Below, piece by piece: positions 39,093-47,720 of a DNA stretch of 64,000 bases (its first letter is position 1; each line of letters starts with the position of its first letter). Made by a program: the position numbers and the translations under genes. The DNA comes from a virus (lineage: Duplodnaviria > Caudoviricetes): IMG/VR virus record IMGVR_UViG_3300037067_010056, positions 2,975 through 66,974 of that record, one strand, 5' to 3'. Below the pieces are notes generated by a model, which made no database searches, was not told the DNA's origin, and worked only from the letters and a program-made list of their open reading frames with translations.

Positions 39093-39452
39093 ATGAAGAC
39101 CAGGATACAACGCGGATTTACCCTCATTGAGCTGATTATTGTCATATCTATCATCGGAATCGTGGCGGCCATCCTCATTGGGTTAGTGTTCCACGGCTGT
39201 TCTTCATCGCGCGGGACAGCTGAAGATGAGGCTAAAGCGTATGCTGCATCCATGGGCATCCAGATATACGGGGTTTCGTGCATGAACCGGGATACTGATG
39301 GTGATGGTTATGTCTCTTGCAGCTTGTCAGTGAAGGACAAGAACGGTAACCCGACGGTAACCCCTATTGAATGTGCGTCCAGGTGGCAGATCGCCAACGA
39401 TGGCTGCAAAGTCCCTGTGCTTCAGGCGGGAGCACTTCGAGGTTTGCGATGA
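39093..39452 (+). CDS. Prepilin-type (class III signal) protein
   Basis: QRG|FTLIELIIVISIIGIVAAIL N-methylation motif. Confidence 0.8.
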   Translation: MKTRIQRGFTLIELIIVISIIGIVAAILIGLVFHGCSSSRGTAEDEAKAYAASMGIQIYGVSCMNRDTDGDGYVSCSLSVKDKNGNPTVTPIECASRWQIANDGCKVPVLQAGALRGLR

Positions 39453-39901
39453 GCAAAACAGCTTACGGGAGAATATTCTACGGATATTTGTTGAGCCATC
39501 AAGTATCAAAAACGGCTAACGGGACAGTATTCGAGTGTTTTTCGAACTCGAATCATGAAGTGGTTAGCGGGAAGAGCTACTGCCCTTCTTGCGGGTCTCA
39601 CGTGAAGTTAGTCCCCAAAATGGACTACTCAGAGGTACTCAGGGAGTATGCCCTCAAGCACCATATCTCTCTAGATGAGGCCTATGGTGAGTTTTCCAAG
39701 TATGAGCATAAGGCTCCTCTCAAGTACAATGACAGGGAAAAGGATCAGAACTGGGTCTTCGGAGGTTTGATAGCCGAGGGTGGGACGAACTCGTGCGGGG
39801 CGTTCAACTTGATAGACCTTGATGCTCTAACTGCCTTTTTCAAGGAGCTGAAACTCGACCCAGAGAAGGCGAGCTACTACCTGATGGTAGAATTGGACTG
39901 A
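39449..39901 (+). CDS. Hypothetical protein with Zn ribbon
   Basis: YCPSCG; ATGA overlap. Confidence 0.7.
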   Translation: MSKTAYGRIFYGYLLSHQVSKTANGTVFECFSNSNHEVVSGKSYCPSCGSHVKLVPKMDYSEVLREYALKHHISLDEAYGEFSKYEHKAPLKYNDREKDQNWVFGGLIAEGGTNSCGAFNLIDLDALTAFFKELKLDPEKASYYLMVELD

Positions 39902-39914
39902 ATACTCATGAATC

Positions 39915-39953
39915 TACTTGAAAAGTATCGACCGCTCTGGTACTTTTCAAGTA
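39915..39953. promoter_or_regulatory. 13-bp inverted repeat ending 4 nt before the HU-like start codon
   Basis: TACTTGAAAAGTA / TACTTTTCAAGTA. Confidence 0.5.
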
Positions 39954-39957
39954 AATT

Positions 39958-40743
39958 ATGATTAAGGCTGACTATATCGCTGAGATTCACTCTGAACTAG
40001 GAGACTTCCAGGTAACCAAAACTGCTGTTAGGGCGTTTTTGGAGGCCCAGAGGAAGGTACTCGAGCGGTACCTGAAGAAACACCGACAAGTCAGCATACC
40101 AAACGTCCTCAAGATCAAGCTCGTCAATACCCCTCCGAAGGCTGAGAGACTTGCTCGGAACCCTTCGAATGGGGAGCCACTGATAATAGCGGCTCGACCA
40201 GCATCGAAGAAGCTGAAGGTCTTGTTCCTGACCGAGTTCAAGATTGGTGTTGGGGCTATAGGGTCGATATCAGTCCAGAAGTCGTTGGAGAAGCGTAAGG
40301 CGGCTGAACCCATAAAGGCTCAGAAGGCGGCACGCGAGAGGGCTATCTCGAAGTTGAGTCCTGAGGAGTTGGAAGCATTGGGCTTGGGTGAGCTGGCAGG
40401 TACTGTACCCAAGAGAAAGCACACGCGTCAGGCAGTGGAGACAGTTACTTCAGAGCAGCCCCCACTGGAGGTACCTGAGCCAAACCCTCCAGTGGTTCAT
40501 GCGCGGACATCAGTAGCTCACCTGCGATCTCTTGAGGTAGTACCGAAGGACCGTGAACCCAAAACTCTGGTTGAACGCATTGTGTGCATTATGAAGCAAG
40601 ACACGATTGAGTTTGACACTATCTGTGCTCGGCTTGAAGCTCACGACTGGTTACCTCAACGTAGGTCCTCTATATCGAACATCATGAGCGGACGAAGGGA
40701 CCTCTTCGAAAGCCCCCAACGGAGCTTTTACCGAGTCAGATAG
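39958..40743 (+). CDS. HU/IHF-like DNA-binding protein with C-terminal winged-HTH-like extension
   Basis: MIKADYIAEI..VSIPNVLKIK..ARNPSNGEPLIIAARPASKKLK. Confidence 0.75.
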   Translation: MIKADYIAEIHSELGDFQVTKTAVRAFLEAQRKVLERYLKKHRQVSIPNVLKIKLVNTPPKAERLARNPSNGEPLIIAARPASKKLKVLFLTEFKIGVGAIGSISVQKSLEKRKAAEPIKAQKAARERAISKLSPEELEALGLGELAGTVPKRKHTRQAVETVTSEQPPLEVPEPNPPVVHARTSVAHLRSLEVVPKDREPKTLVERIVCIMKQDTIEFDTICARLEAHDWLPQRRSSISNIMSGRRDLFESPQRSFYRVR

Positions 40744-40744
40744 G

Positions 40745-41065
40745 ATGCCTATCGAGGTTGTATTCCGAGAGTCTGAAGACGACTTTGAGGTCTTCAGCGC
40801 AGGGGGTACCCTTGGCCCGGATGGGCCTTCTGAGCTATTCCAAGACTTGAATGAAATTCTGGACCAGGGTGGATCGAATCGTCAGATCCTGATGAATATA
40901 GCGGGTCGCTTGATTGACGTATACCCAGGCGTTGAGTGGACTATCAAGGTTGAGCGGTACGACGGATACACTTATTGGCTTCGATTTGACATTGGTGTTG
41001 GTAACTCTCTTGCATCAAACCCAATCAAACGGATCTCGAGGTACGAGAGGGACCCAGTGATATGA
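40745..41065 (+). CDS. Tagged hypothetical protein (MxIEV family)
   Basis: Ends RISRYERDPVI*. Confidence 0.8.
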   Translation: MPIEVVFRESEDDFEVFSAGGTLGPDGPSELFQDLNEILDQGGSNRQILMNIAGRLIDVYPGVEWTIKVERYDGYTYWLRFDIGVGNSLASNPIKRISRYERDPVI

Positions 41066-41418
41066 TTGAAGTAGTACTCAATGTCCAACCCAATAGAACA
41101 GTTCTGTTTTATGGGTTTGAGTGGCCAACCGTTGAGGAGGATGGTTTCTCTCCTGAGGGAGCTGAGGAGTTGGAGCGTACTCTCGGTGAGTTGCTTGGGG
41201 AGTTGGATGTTGGCGAAGCTGTCTCAACCAAGATACTGACAATATCGAATTACTTATTCGATAACTACTATGTATACTCATCGCGCGTGGTCATTCTCCA
41301 TGATCTGGTCGAGTTCAGTCGAATCGAGTACAACGTGATTGATAATCTACCAGTAGGGGAGCCGGAACCAAAACTAGTCAACCGAGTCTCTAGGTATGAT
41401 CGGGAGCCGGTCATATAA
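41062..41418 (+). CDS. Tagged hypothetical protein (MIEV family)
   Basis: Ends RVSRYDREPVI*. Confidence 0.8.
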   Translation: MIEVVLNVQPNRTVLFYGFEWPTVEEDGFSPEGAEELERTLGELLGELDVGEAVSTKILTISNYLFDNYYVYSSRVVILHDLVEFSRIEYNVIDNLPVGEPEPKLVNRVSRYDREPVI

Positions 41419-41746
41419 CTGGGTCCCGCTGGTATCGGTTCTTGAGTTTGGGTGTTTTCTTAGGCTTGGTCAGCATGGGCTCTCCCTTGACCCCGACCGG
41501 CGGTGAGATCCACTTCCCGTGGCATCGAGAGCAGGTCCGATGGGTGTGAGCCTCCTTGAGCCAGCACCACCGGCGTAGCCGTACCCAGAATCCAATGAGA
41601 GGGCCACAGGCGACTGGGGTAAAAACTCCTTCGTGCCCGTGGTTCTCTCCACTACCACATCGGGAGCACCTAAGATCATCTATTTTCCAAACGAAGAAGT
41701 AGTAGTCCCCGGCTCCACAGTAAGGGCAGGGTCCGTTGGTTGCCAT
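41411..41746 (-). CDS. Tagged Zn-finger protein
   Basis: CPYC, CSRC x2; ends KNRYQRDPVI*. Confidence 0.75.
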   Translation of the reverse strand: MATNGPCPYCGAGDYYFFVWKIDDLRCSRCGSGENHGHEGVFTPVACGPLIGFWVRLRRWCWLKEAHTHRTCSRCHGKWISPPVGVKGEPMLTKPKKTPKLKNRYQRDPVI

Positions 41747-41788
41747 TGATCTTCACATACACTGAATCGTTGCTACTTTTCAAGGGGC

Positions 41789-42214
41789 GTGATAGTTAAG
41801 GAGCCTCAGTTGGAGCTAACCATGCCATTTTCAGTCGGTGATATCGTCCGAGTGGTCAAGCAGCCGACAGACATGCATGCTCGTATTTTGGGTGAGGTGG
41901 GGTTTATTGAGTCCCTTCACGAGAATGGGACTCATGCAGGGTTCTGCGCGTTGAAGATCACTGGGGAGGTAGGTAGTTGCGGTACAGTAATGCTTGACTG
42001 TATCGCTCCCGAGTCGGCTCCACGCTGGGTTGAAGCAAAGCGGTGGCATGACGATAACTTGGCCAGAAGGCTAGAAGAGTTCAGAGCACGAACCGAGCGA
42101 ATCAACGCCAGAATCCAAGAGATCGCAAAGAAGCACTTAGTCTCATTCGATGAAGCGACTGAGATTCATGAGGAGATTGAGCATGTGATCTCACGAAGCG
42201 GGTGGCCTGAATAG
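41789..42214 (+). CDS. Hypothetical protein
   Basis: FSVGDIVRV motif; start uncertain. Confidence 0.7.
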   Translation: MIVKEPQLELTMPFSVGDIVRVVKQPTDMHARILGEVGFIESLHENGTHAGFCALKITGEVGSCGTVMLDCIAPESAPRWVEAKRWHDDNLARRLEEFRARTERINARIQEIAKKHLVSFDEATEIHEEIEHVISRSGWPE

Positions 42215-42286
42215 CCGTGGATGACTCAACTCGTCAGCTGACCCCTTTGGGGCGAGAATTAGTTATATGATGGTGTACTGGTTTCC

Positions 42287-42775
42287 ATGGATCATCTAAG
42301 ATTTCCGAAACCATTTGATCAGACTAACGGGCAACCCAGTATCCAGATCCCTCCAATTCAAGTATTGGAGATCTACAATCGGTCTCAGAACCCACCAAAG
42401 ACCCAAGTTGACCAATGGGTGCGAGAATGGTTCGAGTGGAAGGCAAAAGACAGTGGGTGGGCAAGTATCACTTGGCTTCAGTCAAACCCTGAGGTGTCAG
42501 CAAAGAACGATTGCTTATTGAGCGTCGTCACGAAAACTGATGACTATACCACGCGTATCACTGAACTAAGTACGGATGGTGATCCGGTGTCACTCTTGGA
42601 GTATCAACAGGCGTTGGGGATGGTAAGCAAGGTGCTCCGGCAAGCACTACCCGAATGTAAATTGACTCTCTTGGAAGAGCCTAATCAAGTAGGCAAGGTG
42701 GTCCTGAGCACCCCTGCAGGGAAGCCCCTCTTGATAGTTCAAAAGTTCGAGAGTATCGAGGCCCAGCATGCCTGA
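42287..42775 (+). CDS. Hypothetical protein
   Basis: GGTGTA 9 nt upstream. Confidence 0.75.
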   Translation: MDHLRFPKPFDQTNGQPSIQIPPIQVLEIYNRSQNPPKTQVDQWVREWFEWKAKDSGWASITWLQSNPEVSAKNDCLLSVVTKTDDYTTRITELSTDGDPVSLLEYQQALGMVSKVLRQALPECKLTLLEEPNQVGKVVLSTPAGKPLLIVQKFESIEAQHA

Positions 42776-43475
42776 GGAAGTAGAATATGCCTACGAGTAT
42801 AAGGACCACATGTGGGTCCGCAAGCTGAATGCTGCTTGCCATTGGGAGATCAAGGAACTCTGGATGCATGCGGTCCCGTATGCCGACCTTCGGAAGTTTG
42901 GGCGACATGAACTATACCTGGTTCTAAAACCTCAGAAGATTGATGAAACTGGAAGGTGCCATCAATCAACACTTGATGGGGTTGGTATCTACACGGTTAG
43001 GGGCCAGCCTGAGCATCACTTCATCACGATCATGAAGGATGGGTCTGAGAGGGTGTTCTGCGAGAACCATCATGTGTCCCTATCGGGTCAGAGGTGTCGC
43101 TATTGCGATGGTGATACGTCTCCCCCTATCACAGAGTTCGAAGTCTATGAACGCCACATTATGGCTCCTATAGAAGACCGTGAGATTGACAGGCAGGATA
43201 TTTGGCCGATATCAACCTTCTGTGGAGTGTCGGACACCATTCAGCGTAAGTTCGAGCAGCTGGTGCGTGATCATCAAAAAGTATGCCACCGTCGTCACTT
43301 CGGCGTTGATAACCGGTGGATATTCATGTTTGAGCCAACCCATGCGGTCCCGGTTGCCGCATGGGTCAAGGTCAGCGTAAGGTGTCAACATTGTGGGCTT
43401 GAAGTTGTACTATTGAACGAGATCGATGATGACTGCCCCTATGCCAAGCATTCAAGGGCTGACCTCCATCTCTGA
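42768..43475 (+). CDS. His/Cys-rich hypothetical protein
   Basis: CRYC, CQHC; overlap. Confidence 0.75.
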   Translation: MPEEVEYAYEYKDHMWVRKLNAACHWEIKELWMHAVPYADLRKFGRHELYLVLKPQKIDETGRCHQSTLDGVGIYTVRGQPEHHFITIMKDGSERVFCENHHVSLSGQRCRYCDGDTSPPITEFEVYERHIMAPIEDREIDRQDIWPISTFCGVSDTIQRKFEQLVRDHQKVCHRRHFGVDNRWIFMFEPTHAVPVAAWVKVSVRCQHCGLEVVLLNEIDDDCPYAKHSRADLHL

Positions 43476-43478
43476 ACC

Positions 43479-43730
43479 ATGTATATCTCTGAAAAGTACA
43501 AGGAATCCATTCGGAGGTACATCAAGGCTGAGGTAGAGCGTGGGACTGGTCCCATAACGTATGAGCTTGGGGACTGGGTCATCTACAATCGGGTTTGGGA
43601 TGACTTGAAGAATGAGATGTGTCGACGCGCGGGGGTTGTTGGGGCGGTCACAGCCAATATGGTGACGGAGCGTCTACACATGCTGATGATACGTCGAGTG
43701 TCGAGGTATGACCGCCCCTGGGTGATCTGA
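43479..43730 (+). CDS. Tagged hypothetical protein
   Basis: Ends RVSRYDRPWVI*. Confidence 0.8.
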   Translation: MYISEKYKESIRRYIKAEVERGTGPITYELGDWVIYNRVWDDLKNEMCRRAGVVGAVTANMVTERLHMLMIRRVSRYDRPWVI

Positions 43731-43745
43731 AGGCCTATGTAGGCG

Positions 43746-44066
43746 TCAACCAGCAAGTGGAGGCGGCTCAACATCATCGAATAGAACCCGTTCAACTTGG
43801 CTACTCCAATGCAAGCAAGCTGAATCATTGACAATAAACTCTCCCCACTTGACCCAAACATAGAACCCTGGCTTGAGGTCCTCGTGGTAGTGGTGACCCC
43901 CGGCCCGTGTTGTGAACATCTCTTTGGGCCTGACAAATAGGTTGAAGTCAGGGAAGATGAGCATAGTCCCGTCTTTACTCGTGGGGTCAGGGACTTTGTC
44001 AACGAGGGGCTCACAAAGTAATTCCCCATTGGAGTATATTCGTACTCTTTGCTTGTTATTGGGCAT
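43746..44066 (-). CDS. Hypothetical protein (MPNNKQ...)
   Basis: Internal ATG 14 nt after GGTGTA removes the overlap with 44132. Confidence 0.6.
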   Translation of the reverse strand: MPNNKQRVRIYSNGELLCEPLVDKVPDPTSKDGTMLIFPDFNLFVRPKEMFTTRAGGHHYHEDLKPGFYVWVKWGEFIVNDSACLHWSSQVERVLFDDVEPPPLAG

Positions 44067-44131
44067 ACAGGCCCCCAGTATACACCTATTTGGAATACCA
44101 GGGTCCTGTTCTGTGATACGGTTTGGGCAGT

Positions 44132-44497
44132 ATGGCCAATCTGTCACAGGAAGAAGAGAATTATGCTCGAGACGATGGTTACGAGAGCTTGGCCGAAACC
44201 TTCGAGAGCCTTCTTTATGGGGCTTTCGGGAGCCAAGGGCTGATTCCCAATGAAGGGAAGCCAGGGCGTTTGATAAAGGCACGCAACCCCGGTGAGGAGG
44301 CGCGGGTCAGAGTATGTGTGGCCAACGGGATGATGGCTCTCATCGCACAGGTGTACTTAGAGAATGGTCAATCGGCAGCCCAAACGATGATGGACTTCTC
44401 AACGATACTTCATCACGTGGAGACCGGGTGGTCCGGTCCTGACGATGGGAAGAAACCCACCAACCTGCGCGTCATTCACGGTGAGAAGAAGACATGA
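44132..44497 (+). CDS. Hypothetical protein
   Basis: ATG ORF; overlaps the downstream start. Confidence 0.6.
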   Translation: MANLSQEEENYARDDGYESLAETFESLLYGAFGSQGLIPNEGKPGRLIKARNPGEEARVRVCVANGMMALIAQVYLENGQSAAQTMMDFSTILHHVETGWSGPDDGKKPTNLRVIHGEKKT

Positions 44498-44600
44498 AAG
44501 AGTCCCTCGTATTCATTGGGTGCTTGGTTTCTGCAGCGTTACTTGGTATAGGTCTAGCTAAGCTCGAGTTGAGACGTCGAAAGAAGTGTGGTGACTGGTC

Positions 44601-45362
44601 ATGAAGTTTGAGATAGCGATCTACCGTAACCTCAAGTACTTGAACCAACCTGGGGAAGAGCCCTGGGTGGCCTCCTGCAGGCCTTTCCCTTGGACTGAGG
44701 ATAAGCCCATTCGAATATGCGGGCCCACCCCTCGTGAGGCTCAGGATAGGATGAAGCGTATCATTCAGCAGCATCTCGACATGGGATACCCTGAGCTAGT
44801 GACCAACAGCGTCGAATTGACTCCAAGTGATCACGCAAAAGATACCTGGAGAGAGCAGTGGGGTCAGAAACAAAACTCGAGTGAGCTGAAGGTACGGGTG
44901 GTCGCCTACGAGGGCCTGATCATCATTGAACCCAAGGACCCTGAGAATAATGTGGGCAAGGACTTTGGTTGGATACCGATGGGGCAGACTCGTATCGGGA
45001 GTGTCCTCTGTGATACGAAGAAACGTCTAGGTGTCTCTCATCAAGCCTTCGAGTTGATGAGGAAGATCCAGGTTGGGCGGGACTGTATTGGAGATATCGA
45101 CTGGTTCGCGTGCGACGACGGTACTTATGCCTTCTCGTGGTTCGGGCCGATCTACCGAGTTATCAACTTAGAAACTTCGATAGCAGCCCGTAGCTTCCAT
45201 ATCATTGACAAGCTGCTGGAAACGTGCACACTCATCTCCAACGACGTCCCAGCTGAGGCTGTAGAGTTGATTGATAGACTTGGGCGTTCCGTTGTTACTT
45301 GGAAGGATCAAGCGGGTATCAATCTACCTGAGGAGACTCTGGGAACGGAGTTCGGTGGTTGA
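44601..45362 (+). CDS. Hypothetical protein, HicB-like N-terminus, ends in GG
   Basis: WVASCRPFP...GPTPREAQDRMKRII; C-terminus EFGG*. Confidence 0.7.
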   Translation: MKFEIAIYRNLKYLNQPGEEPWVASCRPFPWTEDKPIRICGPTPREAQDRMKRIIQQHLDMGYPELVTNSVELTPSDHAKDTWREQWGQKQNSSELKVRVVAYEGLIIIEPKDPENNVGKDFGWIPMGQTRIGSVLCDTKKRLGVSHQAFELMRKIQVGRDCIGDIDWFACDDGTYAFSWFGPIYRVINLETSIAARSFHIIDKLLETCTLISNDVPAEAVELIDRLGRSVVTWKDQAGINLPEETLGTEFGG

Positions 45363-45383
45363 AAACGGTGTAACTACCAGCCT

Positions 45384-45506
45384 ATGAGTACTGGGGTTAT
45401 ATTTAGGAAGTGGGATGAAGAGGATAGCAGCAGTGAAGAACCCTCGCTGCTATTCGAGGAAGAGGAGGAAGAAGATCCGCCTCCGGTAGTAGCTATGACT
45501 CCTTAA
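45384..45506 (+). CDS. 40-aa acidic peptide, in frame with the downstream PvuII-like ORF
   Basis: MSTGVIFRKWDEEDSSSEEPSLLFEEEEEEDPPPVVAMTP*; GGTGTA 11 nt upstream. Confidence 0.55.
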   Translation: MSTGVIFRKWDEEDSSSEEPSLLFEEEEEEDPPPVVAMTP

Positions 45507-45995
45507 AGAGATGTCGCGCACCTCGTATCCCTAGTTGCTCCCTTAGAGGTAGAGGCTAATAAGGTTGGTATATTCAATGTATTTGATGAGGGTGGGTACA
45601 AGACTCTACTGCTTTGCACTATGTTTGGCCTTCGTGTGATACAAGGTAGAGGGGATGACGCTATAGATGACTTTGGTCATACTTTTGAGCTGAAGACCAT
45701 AAACATCAAGTGTAGAAATGGGCTAGTCAAGTCGAGACTGCCTGATGTCTCAGTTTCAGTGAGGGTCTGCTCAGCTCTCATCGAGAGGTATAGGAAGACC
45801 ACTAGCTGGGTTATTGGAGTCTTCTTTGGTCACACCCCTGTAGAAGTTTGGCAAGTACCATCTGTGGCGCTAGAGCCATTGTACAAGCACTGGTTGACGC
45901 TGGTGGATAAAAAGGGTTCTGATGTCAATAACCCAAAGGTTCCGTTTAACATGATCCGAAAAAAGGGAACTCGGGTTTACCGAGCACGAAGATAG
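45495..45995 (+). pseudogene. PvuII-family type II restriction endonuclease interrupted by in-frame TAA at 45504-45506
   Basis: GRGDDAID..FELKTINI, IERYR..W, DVNNPKVP..KGTRVY match PvuII from recall; similarity extends upstream of ATG 45621. Confidence 0.65.
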
Positions 45996-46027
45996 CTTCT
46001 GCACTCAAGATGGTGTAAGTATTAGCC

Positions 46028-46393
46028 ATGAAGACGGATGAACTGAGTCTAAGGGTTGAAGTTGGTCAGTATTGGGTTGACAGATATACTCTCGAAATTC
46101 AAAGGGTGAGCCGGGTAGAAGAGAACAAGGTTCACTTCGAAAGCGGAGCGTTCTTCGTCAGGCCTATCGGAAATAGGTTCACTCTCTTGTGGCATACCAC
46201 GACAATCTACCGATCTTACTTCAGATATAGCAATGTTGTTCCTGGTCAGGTATGGGTGTCCAATCAAAGTCAGGAGGTGTTCTTCATCCACCCTAGTCAA
46301 GAGGGTGTTGATACGGTAACCGGTGTTCGGGTTCTCTCCGACAGCTCTCGGATCAACGGTCCTTGCTCCCTGGTTCAGAACGTGCCCGTGTGA
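46028..46393 (+). CDS. Hypothetical protein with internal VxxGQxW duplication
   Basis: VEVGQYWV and VVPGQVWV; GGTGTA 10 nt upstream. Confidence 0.7.
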   Translation: MKTDELSLRVEVGQYWVDRYTLEIQRVSRVEENKVHFESGAFFVRPIGNRFTLLWHTTTIYRSYFRYSNVVPGQVWVSNQSQEVFFIHPSQEGVDTVTGVRVLSDSSRINGPCSLVQNVPV

Positions 46394-46397
46394 TCTC

Positions 46398-46433
46398 TGA
46401 GGTTGGCTCCAAGGCGTCTTGAAGCCAACCTCA
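46398..46433. terminator. Bidirectional terminator-like hairpin
   Basis: 11-bp IR between convergent genes. Confidence 0.6.
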
Positions 46434-46449
46434 ACCTGATCAAGCATCG

Positions 46450-46932
46450 CTAGTTAGAACAGGGGCTGAACATGACCTCTTGCTCAGCAAGGCACTCTTC
46501 AGTCCCAATCCAGGGGAAAAATCCCGTGTTGCCTTCAAGGTCTGAGTCTAGGCATACGAAGTTGTTGACTCTCCGGATGCAACTCAAATAAGTGTAGGCG
46601 GCTGGGACACAGATGGGGGTAAATGTATCGGCAAAGTTGCAGATACAGGTCTTCAATTCAACTGTGTGTGTCCTACCGCATAGGGTCGGGTAAAGAGGGA
46701 GTACTGTAGTGCTGCAATAGTGGCGCCAAAACTCGACTTCGGACGTATCCTTGTTGACATCACAGGTGATCCGATGAGGGTTATGGCAGGTAGGCGCGAG
46801 GGTAGTAGTAGCATTCAGTTGGGATTCGGACCCCGCCGTCACATCACTCTGCGGGCTCGACCCGCAGCCAACCGCTAAAAGAAGTCCAAGAGTCAAACCA
46901 ATAATCGAGATCTTACTGAGAGTCTTCATCAT
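46450..46932 (-). CDS. Cys-rich putative lipoprotein
   Basis: LLLAVGC lipobox; many Cys. Confidence 0.75.
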   Translation of the reverse strand: MMKTLSKISIIGLTLGLLLAVGCGSSPQSDVTAGSESQLNATTTLAPTCHNPHRITCDVNKDTSEVEFWRHYCSTTVLPLYPTLCGRTHTVELKTCICNFADTFTPICVPAAYTYLSCIRRVNNFVCLDSDLEGNTGFFPWIGTEECLAEQEVMFSPCSN

Positions 46933-46988
46933 TACTCCTTTGGAACAGGGTTACAACCTTATACATATAAAGTTAGGTAAGTAAAATA

Positions 46989-47717
46989 TTACAGGGTGGA
47001 TGTGTCAATCCACCAGGTGATCAAAAATGAGACTGTTTTGACGCTGAACTGACCTCGTCTGTGGTAGATCTGACCAATCAGCATCGGGTCAGGCTTGCGT
47101 CGAGTACTGGGTAGAATACCGATGGCGTCGAATAGCTTCAGCTTTTGGGCTCGGTCGAGGTCTTCGAGGATCTCAATGCGAGCCAGACTAGCCGGGAAGG
47201 TAACCTCTCTGAAGTGGTCCGCATGGCGAACCCTCTTGGGTTTCTCTCCTTCCTCGGTCTCGACCCGGGTGGACATCTTCGGGATTGGGTCCACATATCG
47301 ACCCTCGCCGGGTGCTAGCATCATGGCCTTTTGCTCGTTGGTGTGGTCTCTAAGAGTAGGCGAGGCCTTCGTAGTACGTATGGCAATGAGTTCGATGGGA
47401 AAGTTGGGTACAATGCAATACCCAGCCTCCAGGGCCAACTTGATCTTCTCGTAGTAGCTCACGCTCCCCCGTGCGAGCATGACTCGGTTGGCATAGGTAG
47501 TGGTCCGCTGCTTCATCTCCCGGGCCTTGGCGAGCTTGGTCTCAGCTTCGGTGAGTAGATCCCTCTCGGCTTCAATCCTTGCATCAGCCCAAGTGAGGAG
47601 CTTCTGCTGGGCTAGGGCCATCTCACTGGAGTTGCGCGCCACTACGACTAGATCCGTGCTCATGGGTAGTGGTAGTTCGACCCCTGTTGCACTCTCAACA
47701 ACTTCTAGGTCTTCCAT
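46989..47717 (-). CDS. Hypothetical protein
   Basis: 242-aa ATG ORF. Confidence 0.75.
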   Translation of the reverse strand: MEDLEVVESATGVELPLPMSTDLVVVARNSSEMALAQQKLLTWADARIEAERDLLTEAETKLAKAREMKQRTTTYANRVMLARGSVSYYEKIKLALEAGYCIVPNFPIELIAIRTTKASPTLRDHTNEQKAMMLAPGEGRYVDPIPKMSTRVETEEGEKPKRVRHADHFREVTFPASLARIEILEDLDRAQKLKLFDAIGILPSTRRKPDPMLIGQIYHRRGQFSVKTVSFLITWWIDTSTL

Positions 47718-47720
47718 GAC

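Noticed and set aside
45504-45506. Genome-wide stop-codon reassignment
   Set aside because: Tagged genes end precisely at TAA, TAG or TGA after VI, so all three stops function normally.
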